From: a virus
Reading direction: 5' to 3' (one strand)
IMG/VR virus record: IMGVR_UViG_3300027902_000006
Location: 76,479-140,478 of that record
Length of the DNA: 64,000 nucleotides
Below the pieces are notes generated by a model. That model had not been told where the DNA came from, searched no databases, and saw only the letters and a list, made by a program, of their open reading frames with translations. The translations under genes were made by a program, and so were the position numbers. The stretch's first letter is position 1. Every line of letters begins with the position of its first letter. Shown piece after piece: positions 45,620 through 55,957 of this stretch.

Positions 45620-46144
45620 TTAAGACTCCAGAAGGTCATCGGAGTAGATTATATCAATCCCGAGTTTGGACAAGCAAGTATTTACTTGTTGCTCACTGAT
45701 GGGTCTTCTATTCCACGTATCGTGTCGTAACAGTGCGTCTAGGTAGTAGATGGATTGTTGTGAGTTACGTTTTTTCGTGGCGCTTAGTGTATTTCTTAGT
45801 ATAGCAAAAGAATTTCTAAGATGGGTTGGGATACGATAAGTCCAGTTTCCATCATAGTAGACGTAAAGTTTAGGGTTATCGGACAAAGGTTTAAACTCAG
45901 TTTCACCCTTACGCCGTTGTAGAATCGTGCGTGTGATCTTCTCTACTAGTTCTAAGTCTTTAGGTCTGTAGTCATTTTGATATTTGTTTTCAAACTTAAC
46001 GGTGCACCAGGTTGTGTGGGGACGTTCTACCTGGGCATGTATAATCGTTCCAATCATACCCGCAGGAGTTTGCCCATAGAACTCACTTGTTGTGCTGATG
46101 ACGACTTTATCGCCTTCTTTGAACATAAGACTTAGTCCTCCCAT
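45620..46144 (-). CDS. SH3/KOW-like protein with internal tag and extra domain
   Basis: FKEGDKVVI; ITRTILQRRK after the first domain. Confidence 0.6.
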   Translation of the reverse strand: MGGLSLMFKEGDKVVISTTSEFYGQTPAGMIGTIIHAQVERPHTTWCTVKFENKYQNDYRPKDLELVEKITRTILQRRKGETEFKPLSDNPKLYVYYDGNWTYRIPTHLRNSFAILRNTLSATKKRNSQQSIYYLDALLRHDTWNRRPISEQQVNTCLSKLGIDIIYSDDLLES

Positions 46145-46347
46145 TTCCAGCAGAGTGGCTTAAAGTGGCCATTCATTTTGTGGCGCAAGTTGGGTTTTCC
46201 TTCACAACTTAGATCTACGATGAGCGTGGGGAGACCTGAATCTTCAACAATCTGGGTGCTGGAGATTTGATACTTTCCAGTATAAAGTTTAAGAAACTCA
46301 CTATTTGTTATTTCAACCCACATAAATCCCCCTTTTATTTTATCGAG

Positions 46348-46866
46348 TTATTGCCGTTTTCCAAGTCTTTTCTTTATAGTTATAGTCTGTTTCCTAACGA
46401 GCATATGACCATTCCAGGTCATCTGTGCGAAGGAACGAGGGAAGGCGTGTTTGAACAATTGTACGGAGAATCTACAGGCTTTGAGTTCAGACGACCCGAA
46501 GAGATGATGTCCGAGTTCATGAAGTCCTGTAATTATAGAAATGGGTAGCCTCAGTAAAATCATCCCTCCTTTTTTACCGGGAATGTGTTGGGAACTCCCA
46601 GGAGCGTTTGTCACTCCGACGGCTAACTTGGGTCCCCCATATAACTCATTCAGTTGGGCTAACAAAATTACGAGAAGATTTGCCTTCTCCAGTTCATTCT
46701 TCTTCGCCCAGTTCTTAAAATAGCGATTCTTCCATCTGACTACGACATCGAGTGCCTCTGGATGGAACTCAAAGTCTTTCGCCATGATTTCTTTAGGAGT
46801 TGGATACGGATTACAACCGATAAGCCGAGTGAGAGAACGGAGAAAATCATTCAAGGAATGGCTCAT
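46348..46866 (-). CDS. HExxH metallopeptidase-like protein
   Basis: LHELGHHL; weak tag variant ITIKKR. Confidence 0.5.
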   Translation of the reverse strand: MSHSLNDFLRSLTRLIGCNPYPTPKEIMAKDFEFHPEALDVVVRWKNRYFKNWAKKNELEKANLLVILLAQLNELYGGPKLAVGVTNAPGSSQHIPGKKGGMILLRLPISIITGLHELGHHLFGSSELKACRFSVQLFKHAFPRSFAQMTWNGHMLVRKQTITIKKRLGKRQ

Positions 46867-47108
46867 TACAGTTCCTCCTTTTGTATTTTTCTAGTGCAGG
46901 TAATTTTCATGTTCGTCGGAGGCAGGTTCACAGTTATTCTTCCCTGTTTGATAAAAGTTACTAGGGTTCTTAGCGAGTATTCGAATTTGTTCAGCGTGTC
47001 GTTGTCCAATAGTGTACCTATCTCCTCATTTATTGTACATATTGTGAAGATTTTTTTAGTTGATTTTTCGTGTATTTCCATGCCTGGTCTGAAGTCTTTG
47101 AGCCTCAT
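46866..47108 (-). CDS. small beta-rich protein with tag
   Basis: FRPGMEI; MKITCTRK. Confidence 0.6.
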   Translation of the reverse strand: MRLKDFRPGMEIHEKSTKKIFTICTINEEIGTLLDNDTLNKFEYSLRTLVTFIKQGRITVNLPPTNMKITCTRKIQKEEL

Positions 47109-47266
47109 CTTTTAGTTCTCGTTTTCAGTGATGAAGTTGATGTTAACTTTATAACTTCTCCTCACCTCTTCTAGGAAAAGGTACTCGGAAAGCAAAGTGG
47201 GTTTTTGACTTAGAGTTGTTGGTGATAGAGAAAGAAGCAGTTTTTCCAGTGCTTGTTCTTTAGTTA

Positions 47267-47497
47267 TCATAGAGTCCTCTCTTTTCGTTTCACGGTGATT
47301 TTAATGGGAGAACGCGCTATTAATGTATTAGCACGAAGATATCTGTTCATGTCTTTGAACGTTACGGTGAAGACTGAGACGGGAGAATCTTCCTTATCTG
47401 TTTTTAAAGTTAGGACAGTGTTTAGAGGGTCTACAGTAGTTACTGTATAGAGTATCGCCTTATCTTTACTCGTGAATTGTTGGCCTATATAGAACAT
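47267..47497 (-). CDS. small beta-rich protein with tag
   Basis: FYIGQQF; PIKITVKRK. Confidence 0.6.
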   Translation of the reverse strand: MFYIGQQFTSKDKAILYTVTTVDPLNTVLTLKTDKEDSPVSVFTVTFKDMNRYLRANTLIARSPIKITVKRKERTL

Positions 47498-47508
47498 TAA
47501 ATTTTACC

Positions 47509-47754
47509 TCACTTTCTTCTCATGGTGATTTTCACTTCTTCAGTGGGTAGGACCATTAGAATTCTGGTCCGAAGATGACTTCTGAGTACAAACTTAGAAA
47601 GTCTCGTTTCTTGTCGTGGTGATGGATAATAACATTTTAAAGTGACCCATTTCTCGGAGACTGCTGTGACTAAAAACTTAAAAATTAATCTGTCTCCAGA
47701 AAAAACACATTGTCCGAGACGTTGGCCTACAAAGAATTCTTTCTTAGTTTCCAT
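47509..47754 (-). CDS. small beta-rich protein with tag
   Basis: FFVGQRL; VKITMRRK then stop. Confidence 0.6.
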   Translation of the reverse strand: METKKEFFVGQRLGQCVFSGDRLIFKFLVTAVSEKWVTLKCYYPSPRQETRLSKFVLRSHLRTRILMVLPTEEVKITMRRK

Positions 47755-47780
47755 ATATCGTCATTCCATTTGTCGAGATT

Positions 47781-47814
47781 AACTCACCGCCTCCATAGGC
47801 GAAGGCGGTGAGTT
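47781..47814. terminator. hairpin after the amidoligase operon (possible terminator)
   Basis: AACTCACCGCCT...AGGCGGTGAGTT, 12 bp; no clear U-tract on the minus strand. Confidence 0.5.
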
Positions 47815-47861
47815 TTACTGGTTGAGCTGATTGAGGATAGATCACGGGTCTCCTACTGGAG

Positions 47862-48773
47862 TTAGCAAAGCATCCCGTGCGTGGTTGGCGCGGTAGTTTC
47901 ATCTTTCGTTTCCGTTGTTTCGCTTTCTTCGGGTATCAGCAGATACTTGCGATGGAGAACGCACCAATGATTATTCCCTACTACAGAACTGGGATAGTAG
48001 GCATAGCGCGCACAGGTGGCGCAGTTGACGGCCTCTAGTGTGCAATCTAGCAGGAGCTTACCCATTTCGGGGGTCAGGCGTTCCGTCTTGGGGGGGTCGA
48101 TATAGGTCTGGGTCTTCACGTCCCAGACACGACCACGGCCCCAGTTATTGGTTTGGTAACGCACCACCTTCTCTTGGAAAGAGGAGTTACTGTAGATATT
48201 ACCATCTTGCCCTTTGATGAAATTGCCAATCAGGATTAAGTTTCCAACCGGAGTCAGGATGGCAAATTTGTTGGAGGCTTTCAGGCTGAAAGTGAAGAAT
48301 TTGACGAACGGCTCATGATCGAGCATGTTGAGGATGGACTCGTCAGCCAAGTACTCTCTGACGAAGGCTAGGGTATCACTGTCGGTCTTGCTATTCCACT
48401 CAGTGACCCCCGTGATCGTTCCATTATGGGCCAATCCCCACCCGTATTCCCAGTTTAACAGTCGAAGAGAGGTGTCATTTGCCGTGATGGGGAAAGGGTG
48501 GGTTAACGGAGCTTGCACTCCGCCATGCGTCGCGATTCGGCAGTGAATAACGACGCCTCGCTTGGCATTGACGGCTTCATCAGTTACAAACCCTTTTCTT
48601 TCGAGTCCCATCCATAAATGTTGGAAGGACATATAGCCCTTGTCTCCGACGACGATTTCGCGCTCCTTGTCATACCACATGAAGCCCGCTCCGTCGTCAT
48701 TATTAGTAAAACAATTCTCCAAAGTTTTCTTTGTCAGTGTGTTACCTTCAGGCTTGACGATAATGATGCACAT
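47862..48773 (-). CDS. class II (Ntn) glutamine amidotransferase
   Basis: N-terminal MC, NNDDGAG, HCRIATHG, THPF, AHNG, DSDT. Confidence 0.88.
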   Translation of the reverse strand: MCIIIVKPEGNTLTKKTLENCFTNNDDGAGFMWYDKEREIVVGDKGYMSFQHLWMGLERKGFVTDEAVNAKRGVVIHCRIATHGGVQAPLTHPFPITANDTSLRLLNWEYGWGLAHNGTITGVTEWNSKTDSDTLAFVREYLADESILNMLDHEPFVKFFTFSLKASNKFAILTPVGNLILIGNFIKGQDGNIYSNSSFQEKVVRYQTNNWGRGRVWDVKTQTYIDPPKTERLTPEMGKLLLDCTLEAVNCATCARYAYYPSSVVGNNHWCVLHRKYLLIPEESETTETKDETTAPTTHGMLC

Positions 48774-48776
48774 AAC

Positions 48777-50702
48777 TTATACCTCCTTCCAGTCTCTGGG
48801 GTCGATAGTGGAAATCCACTGTTCATGGCCGATATTGACCTTGGTGAGAAAATCGAGTAACTCTCTCACGAAGGGAAGTTTATTATACTTGTAGAGATAG
48901 TCCGTGAAGCGGCCCCACAGGTAACTTTCTTGACATGTGGCGCAATCTCTGAGACGGGAATCCATACAGGATTTACAGTCCGCGCGGCTATCAATTTCGT
49001 TGATGAGAAGTCCTTTACTGAATTCAACGAAATGATGGGTGAAGGCCAAGTATGCCTTAATAGTTGGAGTGTGAAGAGTTCCTTTAAAAATTCTGAACTC
49101 GAATGTGTTGGGATTGGAGCCGAAGTTTATGCATTGATACCGATGTCTGAGATGGGAACGATCTTTCATGACCATCGTATGCGCTTGGGCTTTGATTCTT
49201 CGTTCTCCGGGACGTTTAGTCCCCGGACGACTCAGCCGATTGTCGAATACGTCCCAATTTGCGAACCGATCGTTGCGTCTTTGGGCTACTGTGATGAGTC
49301 TGGATTTCCAGAGCTTCAGCAGCATACAGAGCTTAATCTCATCGGTTCTCTGTAAATCACTCTTACTCCTATGGAAATGGATTCCACAGGTTCCTGGGTC
49401 CCACGCCTTGGCTCCTTCCTTTTTCGTTAAATTGATGACGTCTTCGACTTTGTCCCATGATTCTACCCAAGAATCAATGGAGCGTGGATGGAAAACGAGT
49501 TCAAATCCGTTCTCCAAACTTCCATCTCTCTTGATATAGAAGAAGGTTTCGTTCTCAGAGAGTGTATGGATTTTCTGAGAGTGCCGAGGAGCTTCCTTCG
49601 GGAAGTGGTCGACTTCTAGTTCCATCCCATAGAAGGGGGGGTCACCCGAGAGGACGAACCTTCTCGGCTTGTAATCGTGCCGGTGGATCTTACTATGGAA
49701 TTGTTGGGCACAGCGATTGCAGAGAGTGAGTTGCGGCTCTCCTGTGTCTGGATGTGGAATAATCTCCATGCCGAATAGCGACTCACTTCTTCCACAGTGA
49801 TCACACGGCCTCATACTGTTTTCATAACAGCGTTGACAAATGGTTCTCCCTGGAAATGTGAGTAGTTCAAATTGGGACCGACGCGCTCCACATTCGGAGC
49901 AAGGGACCAAAGAACTGGTAAAACAAGATTGACAGATGCGGACCTCGGGTCCGGGCATTGGTGTCCTGCGAGGACCGCCAGAAAGAGAACCACCCGCAAA
50001 ATGGGGGATAGGCACAGGTTCCGGCTCGTCCCCTGTGGAGAACCCCCTTCCCCTAATAGGTATACTGGGATTATTGTAGCGGATTTTTTGCGTATTCACT
50101 TTTGGGTGGACCTCGCCACAGACAACACAGTCCACATATTTTTTGGTGCATTCATTGGAACAGAAGTGCTTTCGGGCAGGTCCCTCTCCTGCGAAGGAGG
50201 ACCAGACACGGCTCCAAGGATACTGGTTTCTACAGTGATGACATTCCTCCCAAGAGAGACTCAGAGCCATCGCTTTCTGGGTAGAACCATCTCCACTCAG
50301 AAAGGGTCCCAACAGGTGGGCTAGCACTCCTCGTGGGAGTTTGTCGTGAGCGCCGATTAAGATAAGGTCCGTAATGTTTCTGGAGGCAAAGAAATTCAGA
50401 GCCATACTGACCTGATCTTTGTTTAAATCGACGGCTGAAACATCCTCATGTGAGAATTCCCGCTTGTGGATAATCAATCTTGGGAGAGTTCTGACGACCT
50501 CACCTCTCTCTCCTTCCTCTACTTTGACTTCATAAAGGTCGGAGATTTTTAATTGTAATGGGGCAAGGTAGCCTTGTTCAAGCACGGAGTTAAGTTTTTC
50601 CAAGCACGCAGGACAGAGGACGATATTATCTTCCCCATGTCCTCTAAAGAATCGAGAACATGTGTCACAGGCACCTTGGGTTTTTACCGTCGGCGATGCC
50701 AT
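48777..50702 (-). CDS. amidoligase (COOH-NH2 ligase) with N-terminal zinc-finger repeats
   Basis: YGMELEV, KRDGSL..GFE, CGIHFH, RY..IN, FEFRIFKGT; many CxxC. Confidence 0.85.
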   Translation of the reverse strand: MASPTVKTQGACDTCSRFFRGHGEDNIVLCPACLEKLNSVLEQGYLAPLQLKISDLYEVKVEEGERGEVVRTLPRLIIHKREFSHEDVSAVDLNKDQVSMALNFFASRNITDLILIGAHDKLPRGVLAHLLGPFLSGDGSTQKAMALSLSWEECHHCRNQYPWSRVWSSFAGEGPARKHFCSNECTKKYVDCVVCGEVHPKVNTQKIRYNNPSIPIRGRGFSTGDEPEPVPIPHFAGGSLSGGPRRTPMPGPEVRICQSCFTSSLVPCSECGARRSQFELLTFPGRTICQRCYENSMRPCDHCGRSESLFGMEIIPHPDTGEPQLTLCNRCAQQFHSKIHRHDYKPRRFVLSGDPPFYGMELEVDHFPKEAPRHSQKIHTLSENETFFYIKRDGSLENGFELVFHPRSIDSWVESWDKVEDVINLTKKEGAKAWDPGTCGIHFHRSKSDLQRTDEIKLCMLLKLWKSRLITVAQRRNDRFANWDVFDNRLSRPGTKRPGERRIKAQAHTMVMKDRSHLRHRYQCINFGSNPNTFEFRIFKGTLHTPTIKAYLAFTHHFVEFSKGLLINEIDSRADCKSCMDSRLRDCATCQESYLWGRFTDYLYKYNKLPFVRELLDFLTKVNIGHEQWISTIDPRDWKEV

Positions 50703-51601
50703 TGTTCCTCCAAGTTTTCTATGAATGTTTGAAGCGCTGGAATATACTGAGCGGCGTCGTATTTATAGGAACGCCATACCTTACAGATTGCCCGACCCTT
50801 ACGATATCTGAAATGATCACAGAGGACGCAGTTTTCAGATTCATGACAACTAGGAAGAAGTCTGATTTTTGGTACAACAACGTCCACTCCATACTTCTTG
50901 ATAGCGTCAACTATCGCGTTGGTCGGGAGGTGTAAATGGATAGGAACCGTGGCGGGTGGTAGTGCTCGCTGATATGTTCTTGCAGGAACACTTCTCGTTA
51001 CGCGACATTGGGTCCTATGGTTGAGATTTGAGAACGCTAGGCCGTCTTCTTCCTTGAAATCACCTAGCCAGTAGATTAGTTCTCCTGTCATGATGAGAAA
51101 CTTAGAGGTATAGAATGAGATGTTAGGAAGAGCGGCCTCGACTCTCTGTTTGAGGTCAACTGCAGTGATGCCATCTTCATAAACATGATGGAAGACTGTA
51201 CTGACAATTTCTTGGGTATCAGACCAGTCGATCCCACCCATTGTTCCGATCACACCATTGTGCATGACTGCTACTTTGGCCGTGGAACTGAGCCTCTCTT
51301 GTAACTTATACGAACGCGTAATGGGAAAAGGATGAGTTCGTCCTGGATGGATACCTCCCGATGTCGCAATTCGGAAGTGAAACGCGATATCGGGTTCTTT
51401 TGGTACTACGCCATCGACAAGGAATCCTTGATCTTTTAAGAAGGTTACTAAGCTATCAAAGGTCATGAATCCCTTACGAATCGAAACTTCTCCTTCTTCC
51501 CGCCACATGAGTCCGGCTCCGTGGGTATTAGTTTCCCATGCAGCTTTTAGTTCTTCTGCGGAAACTATCTCACCCACGGGCTTATAGATTATAACGCACA
51601 T
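50684..51601 (-). CDS. class II (Ntn) glutamine amidotransferase
   Basis: N-terminal MC, NTHGAG, HFRIATSG, THPF, MHNG, SDT. Confidence 0.88.
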   Translation of the reverse strand: MCVIIYKPVGEIVSAEELKAAWETNTHGAGLMWREEGEVSIRKGFMTFDSLVTFLKDQGFLVDGVVPKEPDIAFHFRIATSGGIHPGRTHPFPITRSYKLQERLSSTAKVAVMHNGVIGTMGGIDWSDTQEIVSTVFHHVYEDGITAVDLKQRVEAALPNISFYTSKFLIMTGELIYWLGDFKEEDGLAFSNLNHRTQCRVTRSVPARTYQRALPPATVPIHLHLPTNAIVDAIKKYGVDVVVPKIRLLPSCHESENCVLCDHFRYRKGRAICKVWRSYKYDAAQYIPALQTFIENLEEQWHRRR

Positions 51602-51616
51602 TCAGTAGGTTCCTCC

Positions 51617-52786
51617 CTACTCGATAATGGAGATGGAGTAAAATCGTTTCCTGTTCAACAGTTCATGAATATAGGGAGTTGCAGGACTGTCGAAAGTCTG
51701 CAAGTCGACCATGAATTTCTCCCAAGTGGATTTGTATTGTATCAGTTCATCGAAGACGCTGGCTGGATGCGAGTCCAACCAAGTGAGCATCGCGTCAGTA
51801 AAACCAACCTGTGCTGCTATGGTCTTCGGGACGAGAGTGCCCTTGAAGATTCTGAACTCGACTGTCTTGTGATGTGAGGTCAGAGTTAGTGCATTTCTTC
51901 CACCCAGTCTGTTTTTGACTGCACTCATGGTGGCGTTGACAGTTTTGAGACTTGTCGGGTCGTAGGGAGAATAGGAGCAGTAAGACCCGCTTCCTCTCTG
52001 TGCGATCTTCTGGAGTTGCTTCTTGTTATGGGCGAAGAACATTGCCAATTTAGCTTTGAGTTCTTCCGTAATCCCTACAATCTCCCTGTGAATATGGAGA
52101 CCGGAAGAACTGGTGTCATAAGATTTACCGCCATACTTATTGATGATTTCTCTCATGGCGGGGAAAATGTCTCCAGTGAGGAGTTCGACCCAAGCAGATA
52201 TGGTCCGAGGATGAAAACAAATTTCAATGCCGTTTCTCAGGGACCCGTCGGGTTTGAGCCAGAAAGTTGGGGAGTCCAGCGTAGCATGAAACTTGTGGAG
52301 ATACTTAATAGCCCCTCCTCTCTCATTGTATCCATCGGTCTCGAGTTCTATTCCATAGAAACTACCCTCCTTCTCGTAGTCTCCATGATAGTTCATTTGT
52401 CTCGGATTGTAGTCCCAGTTGTAGCCATTATCCATAGGAAAACAACTGGCACAGACCTGAGAGGACTTTCCAGTCCGATCCTTGAGGTCGATTGTTTTAT
52501 TACGTGTACGGCCACACTGGGGGCAAAGGTTCTTTGTTTCAGCACACGTTTTGCAGAACACTCCGTTCGAAGTCTGAACGTATGTGTCCGGACGGGTGGA
52601 GGTTCGTACTAACGCTACTCGTTCTCCACACTCAATACAAGGGTTCGTGTAGCGTCGAGCACACTCGCGACAGACAATTTCGCCCTCATAGCAAGCGGCT
52701 AGTCGATACGTCTTCTTTTGTCCTACTAGGACAGAAGTCCTACACAATAAACATTGTTTGGTCGTTTCAGTCCCAGACGCTGTCAT
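51617..52786 (-). CDS. amidoligase (COOH-NH2 ligase) with N-terminal zinc-finger repeats
   Basis: YGIELET, KPDGSL..GIE, GLHIH, TVEFRIFKGT. Confidence 0.85.
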   Translation of the reverse strand: MTASGTETTKQCLLCRTSVLVGQKKTYRLAACYEGEIVCRECARRYTNPCIECGERVALVRTSTRPDTYVQTSNGVFCKTCAETKNLCPQCGRTRNKTIDLKDRTGKSSQVCASCFPMDNGYNWDYNPRQMNYHGDYEKEGSFYGIELETDGYNERGGAIKYLHKFHATLDSPTFWLKPDGSLRNGIEICFHPRTISAWVELLTGDIFPAMREIINKYGGKSYDTSSSGLHIHREIVGITEELKAKLAMFFAHNKKQLQKIAQRGSGSYCSYSPYDPTSLKTVNATMSAVKNRLGGRNALTLTSHHKTVEFRIFKGTLVPKTIAAQVGFTDAMLTWLDSHPASVFDELIQYKSTWEKFMVDLQTFDSPATPYIHELLNRKRFYSISIIE

Positions 52787-53231
52787 GGGTATACATCCTC
52801 CCTATTGCGCGGAAAAGCGCTCCAGTGATTAATCGCAACAATCTGGTGTAGTCTACGTTGTTGGGTTGGAAGGTGGTACGAATAGCTGCGACTGAGATTG
52901 AGGTGTAATCTACCTTAGTCGTTAGGAATAGACTAATGATTTCCCTAATGTCAACCCACGCGACATTGTATTCTATCAAATAGTCTATCACCTTGTTACA
53001 GCTAAGTCCTGTCCATTCCTGTATGAGTTCCTTTGTCATCGTTTCGACGGCATCGTACCCATACCCAACGCAGGTTCGTTTGTTATCTGACTCTGTCGCG
53101 TTCTGTGTTATAGAACCGGATTCACTGGGTTGCTGTTCCTCGTTTACTTTTTCCTCAGTCATTTCTCCGTAGTGGATAATGTTTTTCACACGGGGTCTCC
53201 TCACGACATAAGAGGGATCGAACGGTACCAA
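52767..53231 (-). CDS. hypothetical protein
   Basis: ORF in operon; start uncertain. Confidence 0.5.
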   Translation of the reverse strand: MVPFDPSYVVRRPRVKNIIHYGEMTEEKVNEEQQPSESGSITQNATESDNKRTCVGYGYDAVETMTKELIQEWTGLSCNKVIDYLIEYNVAWVDIREIISLFLTTKVDYTSISVAAIRTTFQPNNVDYTRLLRLITGALFRAIGRMYTHDSVWD

Positions 53232-54232
53232 TCTGACCTTGGGAAATCACATTGACTTCCATTAGTCTGTCCTATAGTCTGTTCTACCGAACCGATTCCG
53301 ATTTCTAAGACAGTTTCGGGTAGGGGTCCGTACTGGAGTAGAGTTACCCATTCTTCGTGCATCTTTCTAGCACGTTCGGCTGTGACACAGCATCCTACAG
53401 TGATAACTTGACCGTTTCCATAGGCTCTGTGTGTTATCTGGGTGAACCATCCCGGTAATCCGGGGCGTTGATTAGTTTCCACTTTTAAGAGTTGCCCGAA
53501 TTGATCCTCACAAAGAAATCTGAGTTCTTTAGACGCCAGTATCGGCTCCCCTTGTGGGGAAAGGCACTCTCTAGGGCACCAGGCACAATATCCGTTTTCA
53601 AATCTCACGTAGACCCACCCCGTGGCATTTACGGGCTGGATGATTGTTCCAATAACTCCGTCGAATCGAGAAGTGAAAGCATAGGGTTTATGCTCCTCTA
53701 GCCAATGGAACATTACTCTATCGCCTTTTGTGAAGACAGGAGATAGTGATGCCGTGGCACACCATGCTGTGCGATAGTTATTGAACTTGACACAGCATTG
53801 TCCTAGATGCGAAGTAGTCGAGTCTCGCACAACAATGCCGAAGGAGCTATCGAACTTCTTCATGTGTCTAGGGCTTTCTCCTTGGTGATATGTAAATTTA
53901 ACTCTTGTACCCGCTATGAACGTGGGTTCGTGTTTTTCTCTCACGATCTTTTCTAAGGAGTCTTCCCTACACCATGAAATTGACCGCTCGTCGAATTTTA
54001 CGCAGTAGAGACCTTGTACGACGGCTGAGTGAGTTACTTCTCCGATCGTCCCATCCAGTAAAGAAAGCTTTTGATAGTGGGGGATTTTCTCTGAGTAATG
54101 AAAACGCACACGATCTCCGACTTTAAATTTCTGGCACTCTGACATTTTTTGTTTCTCCAATCGTTTTTCCTGTCGTTTGTCATCGTGTTTATTACGCCAC
54201 ATCAGTTTTTTTCTTGCTTTGGTTTTACTCAT
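53201..54232 (-). CDS. protein with three tandem SH3/KOW-like repeats and a C-terminal domain
   Basis: FKVGDRVRF / FIAGTRVKF / FTKGDRVMF, each ending V.F...WC...L. Confidence 0.7.
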   Translation of the reverse strand: MSKTKARKKLMWRNKHDDKRQEKRLEKQKMSECQKFKVGDRVRFHYSEKIPHYQKLSLLDGTIGEVTHSAVVQGLYCVKFDERSISWCREDSLEKIVREKHEPTFIAGTRVKFTYHQGESPRHMKKFDSSFGIVVRDSTTSHLGQCCVKFNNYRTAWCATASLSPVFTKGDRVMFHWLEEHKPYAFTSRFDGVIGTIIQPVNATGWVYVRFENGYCAWCPRECLSPQGEPILASKELRFLCEDQFGQLLKVETNQRPGLPGWFTQITHRAYGNGQVITVGCCVTAERARKMHEEWVTLLQYGPLPETVLEIGIGSVEQTIGQTNGSQCDFPRSDWYRSIPLMS

Positions 54233-54269
54233 CGCATTGTAAGTTACACCCCCTTTTTATTTCGACATT

Positions 54270-54300
54270 AAAAAACCCGTCAGAATAAACCTGACGGGTT
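54270..54300 (-). terminator. intrinsic terminator
   Basis: AACCCGTCAG/CTGACGGGTT stem followed by a T-run on the minus strand. Confidence 0.8.
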
Positions 54301-54331
54301 CTATGGGTCCTACTATAATTACCCTTCATTT

Positions 54332-54625
54332 TCATTTGCGTCTCATAGTGATAGTGATCTTTGGTCTGTTCTGTACGGAGTCTTGGGAAGACGGAAAGTA
54401 GATCTTAACTCTGAGGGTGTGTAATCCCAATCTGTGGGGAGTACACATGAGACTAGTAGTTTGTAAAAAATCTCTAACTTGGGCTATAGTACTTTCCGGT
54501 ACATGAAGATGTGTCCACTTGTAGGACATACAGTGTTTATATCTGTCGTAGTAAGTAGGGGTCGCTCCTAGAATAAAGCTAACACCATCGCGAATACGAC
54601 TGACTGGGTGATCGTGTCTTAACAT
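54332..54625 (-). CDS. small protein with tag
   Basis: KITITMRRK then stop. Confidence 0.6.
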   Translation of the reverse strand: MLRHDHPVSRIRDGVSFILGATPTYYDRYKHCMSYKWTHLHVPESTIAQVRDFLQTTSLMCTPHRLGLHTLRVKIYFPSSQDSVQNRPKITITMRRK

Positions 54626-54626
54626 T

Positions 54627-55103
54627 TTAAAGCTCCTTGCGTTTCTGGCTAATTGTTATAGTTTTGAGAGGAGTTAATGAGTCTTCTCTACACCACCAGC
54701 TTCTAGGGTAGTCATCAAATCTGAGGTAATAGTGAGGATGATCTTGTATAATGGTTCTGTTTGTTACTCGTCCACATAGACCATCAATCGCGGACATTTC
54801 TCTAACATGGTCCGGTTTGAGATTGTGGTGATAAATTAGGTATGTACCGACGTCCCAGCGATATGTCTGTGGTCTTGGTTCTTCTAGGGAGAGGGAGTCT
54901 GGTCTACAGAAGAAACTAGTACGGTAGGGTTTAACGAAGGATACTCTGACGAAGCCTGTCATGCTTGTTACGGACCCCCCTTCTACGACGACTCCGATGT
55001 GTTCATCAAACTCAGACATTGATTCCCGATGGGGAGGTACATTCGAATGGTAATATCTGACGCAACTGCCTACTGGGAATGAGGTTGTCTCAGGCATGGT
55101 CAT
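54627..55103 (-). CDS. two SH3/KOW-like repeats with tag
   Basis: FPVGSCVRY / WDVGTYLIY; CRPDSL / CREDSL; ITISQKRK. Confidence 0.65.
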   Translation of the reverse strand: MTMPETTSFPVGSCVRYYHSNVPPHRESMSEFDEHIGVVVEGGSVTSMTGFVRVSFVKPYRTSFFCRPDSLSLEEPRPQTYRWDVGTYLIYHHNLKPDHVREMSAIDGLCGRVTNRTIIQDHPHYYLRFDDYPRSWWCREDSLTPLKTITISQKRKEL

Positions 55104-55275
55104 TTCTCCTCACACTCAAGTTTAAATCTGAATCGCCCTAGTTCCACTTCACGTCTGGGCACTTTGGGGCTTACTTTAGGTTCGAGTTGAACAATGGAAA
55201 CATCTTCATGTTCGAAGTTACGCGTCTTGGAGATAGCGTCAGGTATAGACGCAGCCTCGACAACCCATACTCGTG

Positions 55276-55530
55276 TTACTCTGTATTTTGGCATGGCGTC
55301 TCCTTTCTCTTTTGTGTTATCTTGATGGGTTTTACCAGTTCAATGTCAATTTTGTCGTCAGGGACGTTAGCATAACGGTAGCCAAACTCCGATAGGGTAT
55401 TGTCCCATCTGACTACACACCAAGAGGAGGTCTCAACTGCAATAACTGTTCCAACTCTCCCTTCCGACTGTCCCCAAAACTGACTAGTGGGAAGTAGTCG
55501 TACTTTGGCTCCTACTTTGACTATTGACAT
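55276..55530 (-). CDS. SH3/KOW-like protein with tag
   Basis: VKVGAKVRL; PIKITQKRK. Confidence 0.65.
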   Translation of the reverse strand: MSIVKVGAKVRLLPTSQFWGQSEGRVGTVIAVETSSWCVVRWDNTLSEFGYRYANVPDDKIDIELVKPIKITQKRKETPCQNTE

Positions 55531-55751
55531 ACTATCTCCTTTCTTCTAACCGTGATCTTTATTTTGTTGGCTAATGACAACCGGCGTTCATAGAGTTGAA
55601 CTAATTTCAACGTTGCTTCTAGTCTAAGAGTATATAAGTAGTTTTCTCCTTCGTATGGTGTGAACGACATGACTATTCCTTTATCACTAAAGAGTAACGA
55701 GTCTAAGTCGCTAACTACGATACGATCTCCTACTTTGAACTTTGCTGTCAT
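55521..55751 (-). CDS. SH3/KOW-like protein with tag
   Basis: FKVGDRIVV; IKITVRRK. Confidence 0.65.
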   Translation of the reverse strand: MTAKFKVGDRIVVSDLDSLLFSDKGIVMSFTPYEGENYLYTLRLEATLKLVQLYERRLSLANKIKITVRRKEIVCQ

Positions 55752-55753
55752 GC

Positions 55754-55957
55754 CTAACTCCTTTTTCTAGTCACTGTAATTTTCAAGTCTCGGATTAGGT
55801 CCAACTTATAAGCGTAAAGGTTGACATCTGCTCCGTTATCGAGGCTGATTTGATAGACAGGGGAAAGGCCACACCCAGTGATAGTTCCCACTTGTCCATC
55901 GAAGCCCGGACTATGTCCGTTTACTCGTACACGATCTCCTTTTTGGAAGGTGGCCAT
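55754..55957 (-). CDS. SH3/KOW-like protein with tag
   Basis: FQKGDRVRV; LKITVTRK. Confidence 0.65.
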   Translation of the reverse strand: MATFQKGDRVRVNGHSPGFDGQVGTITGCGLSPVYQISLDNGADVNLYAYKLDLIRDLKITVTRKRS

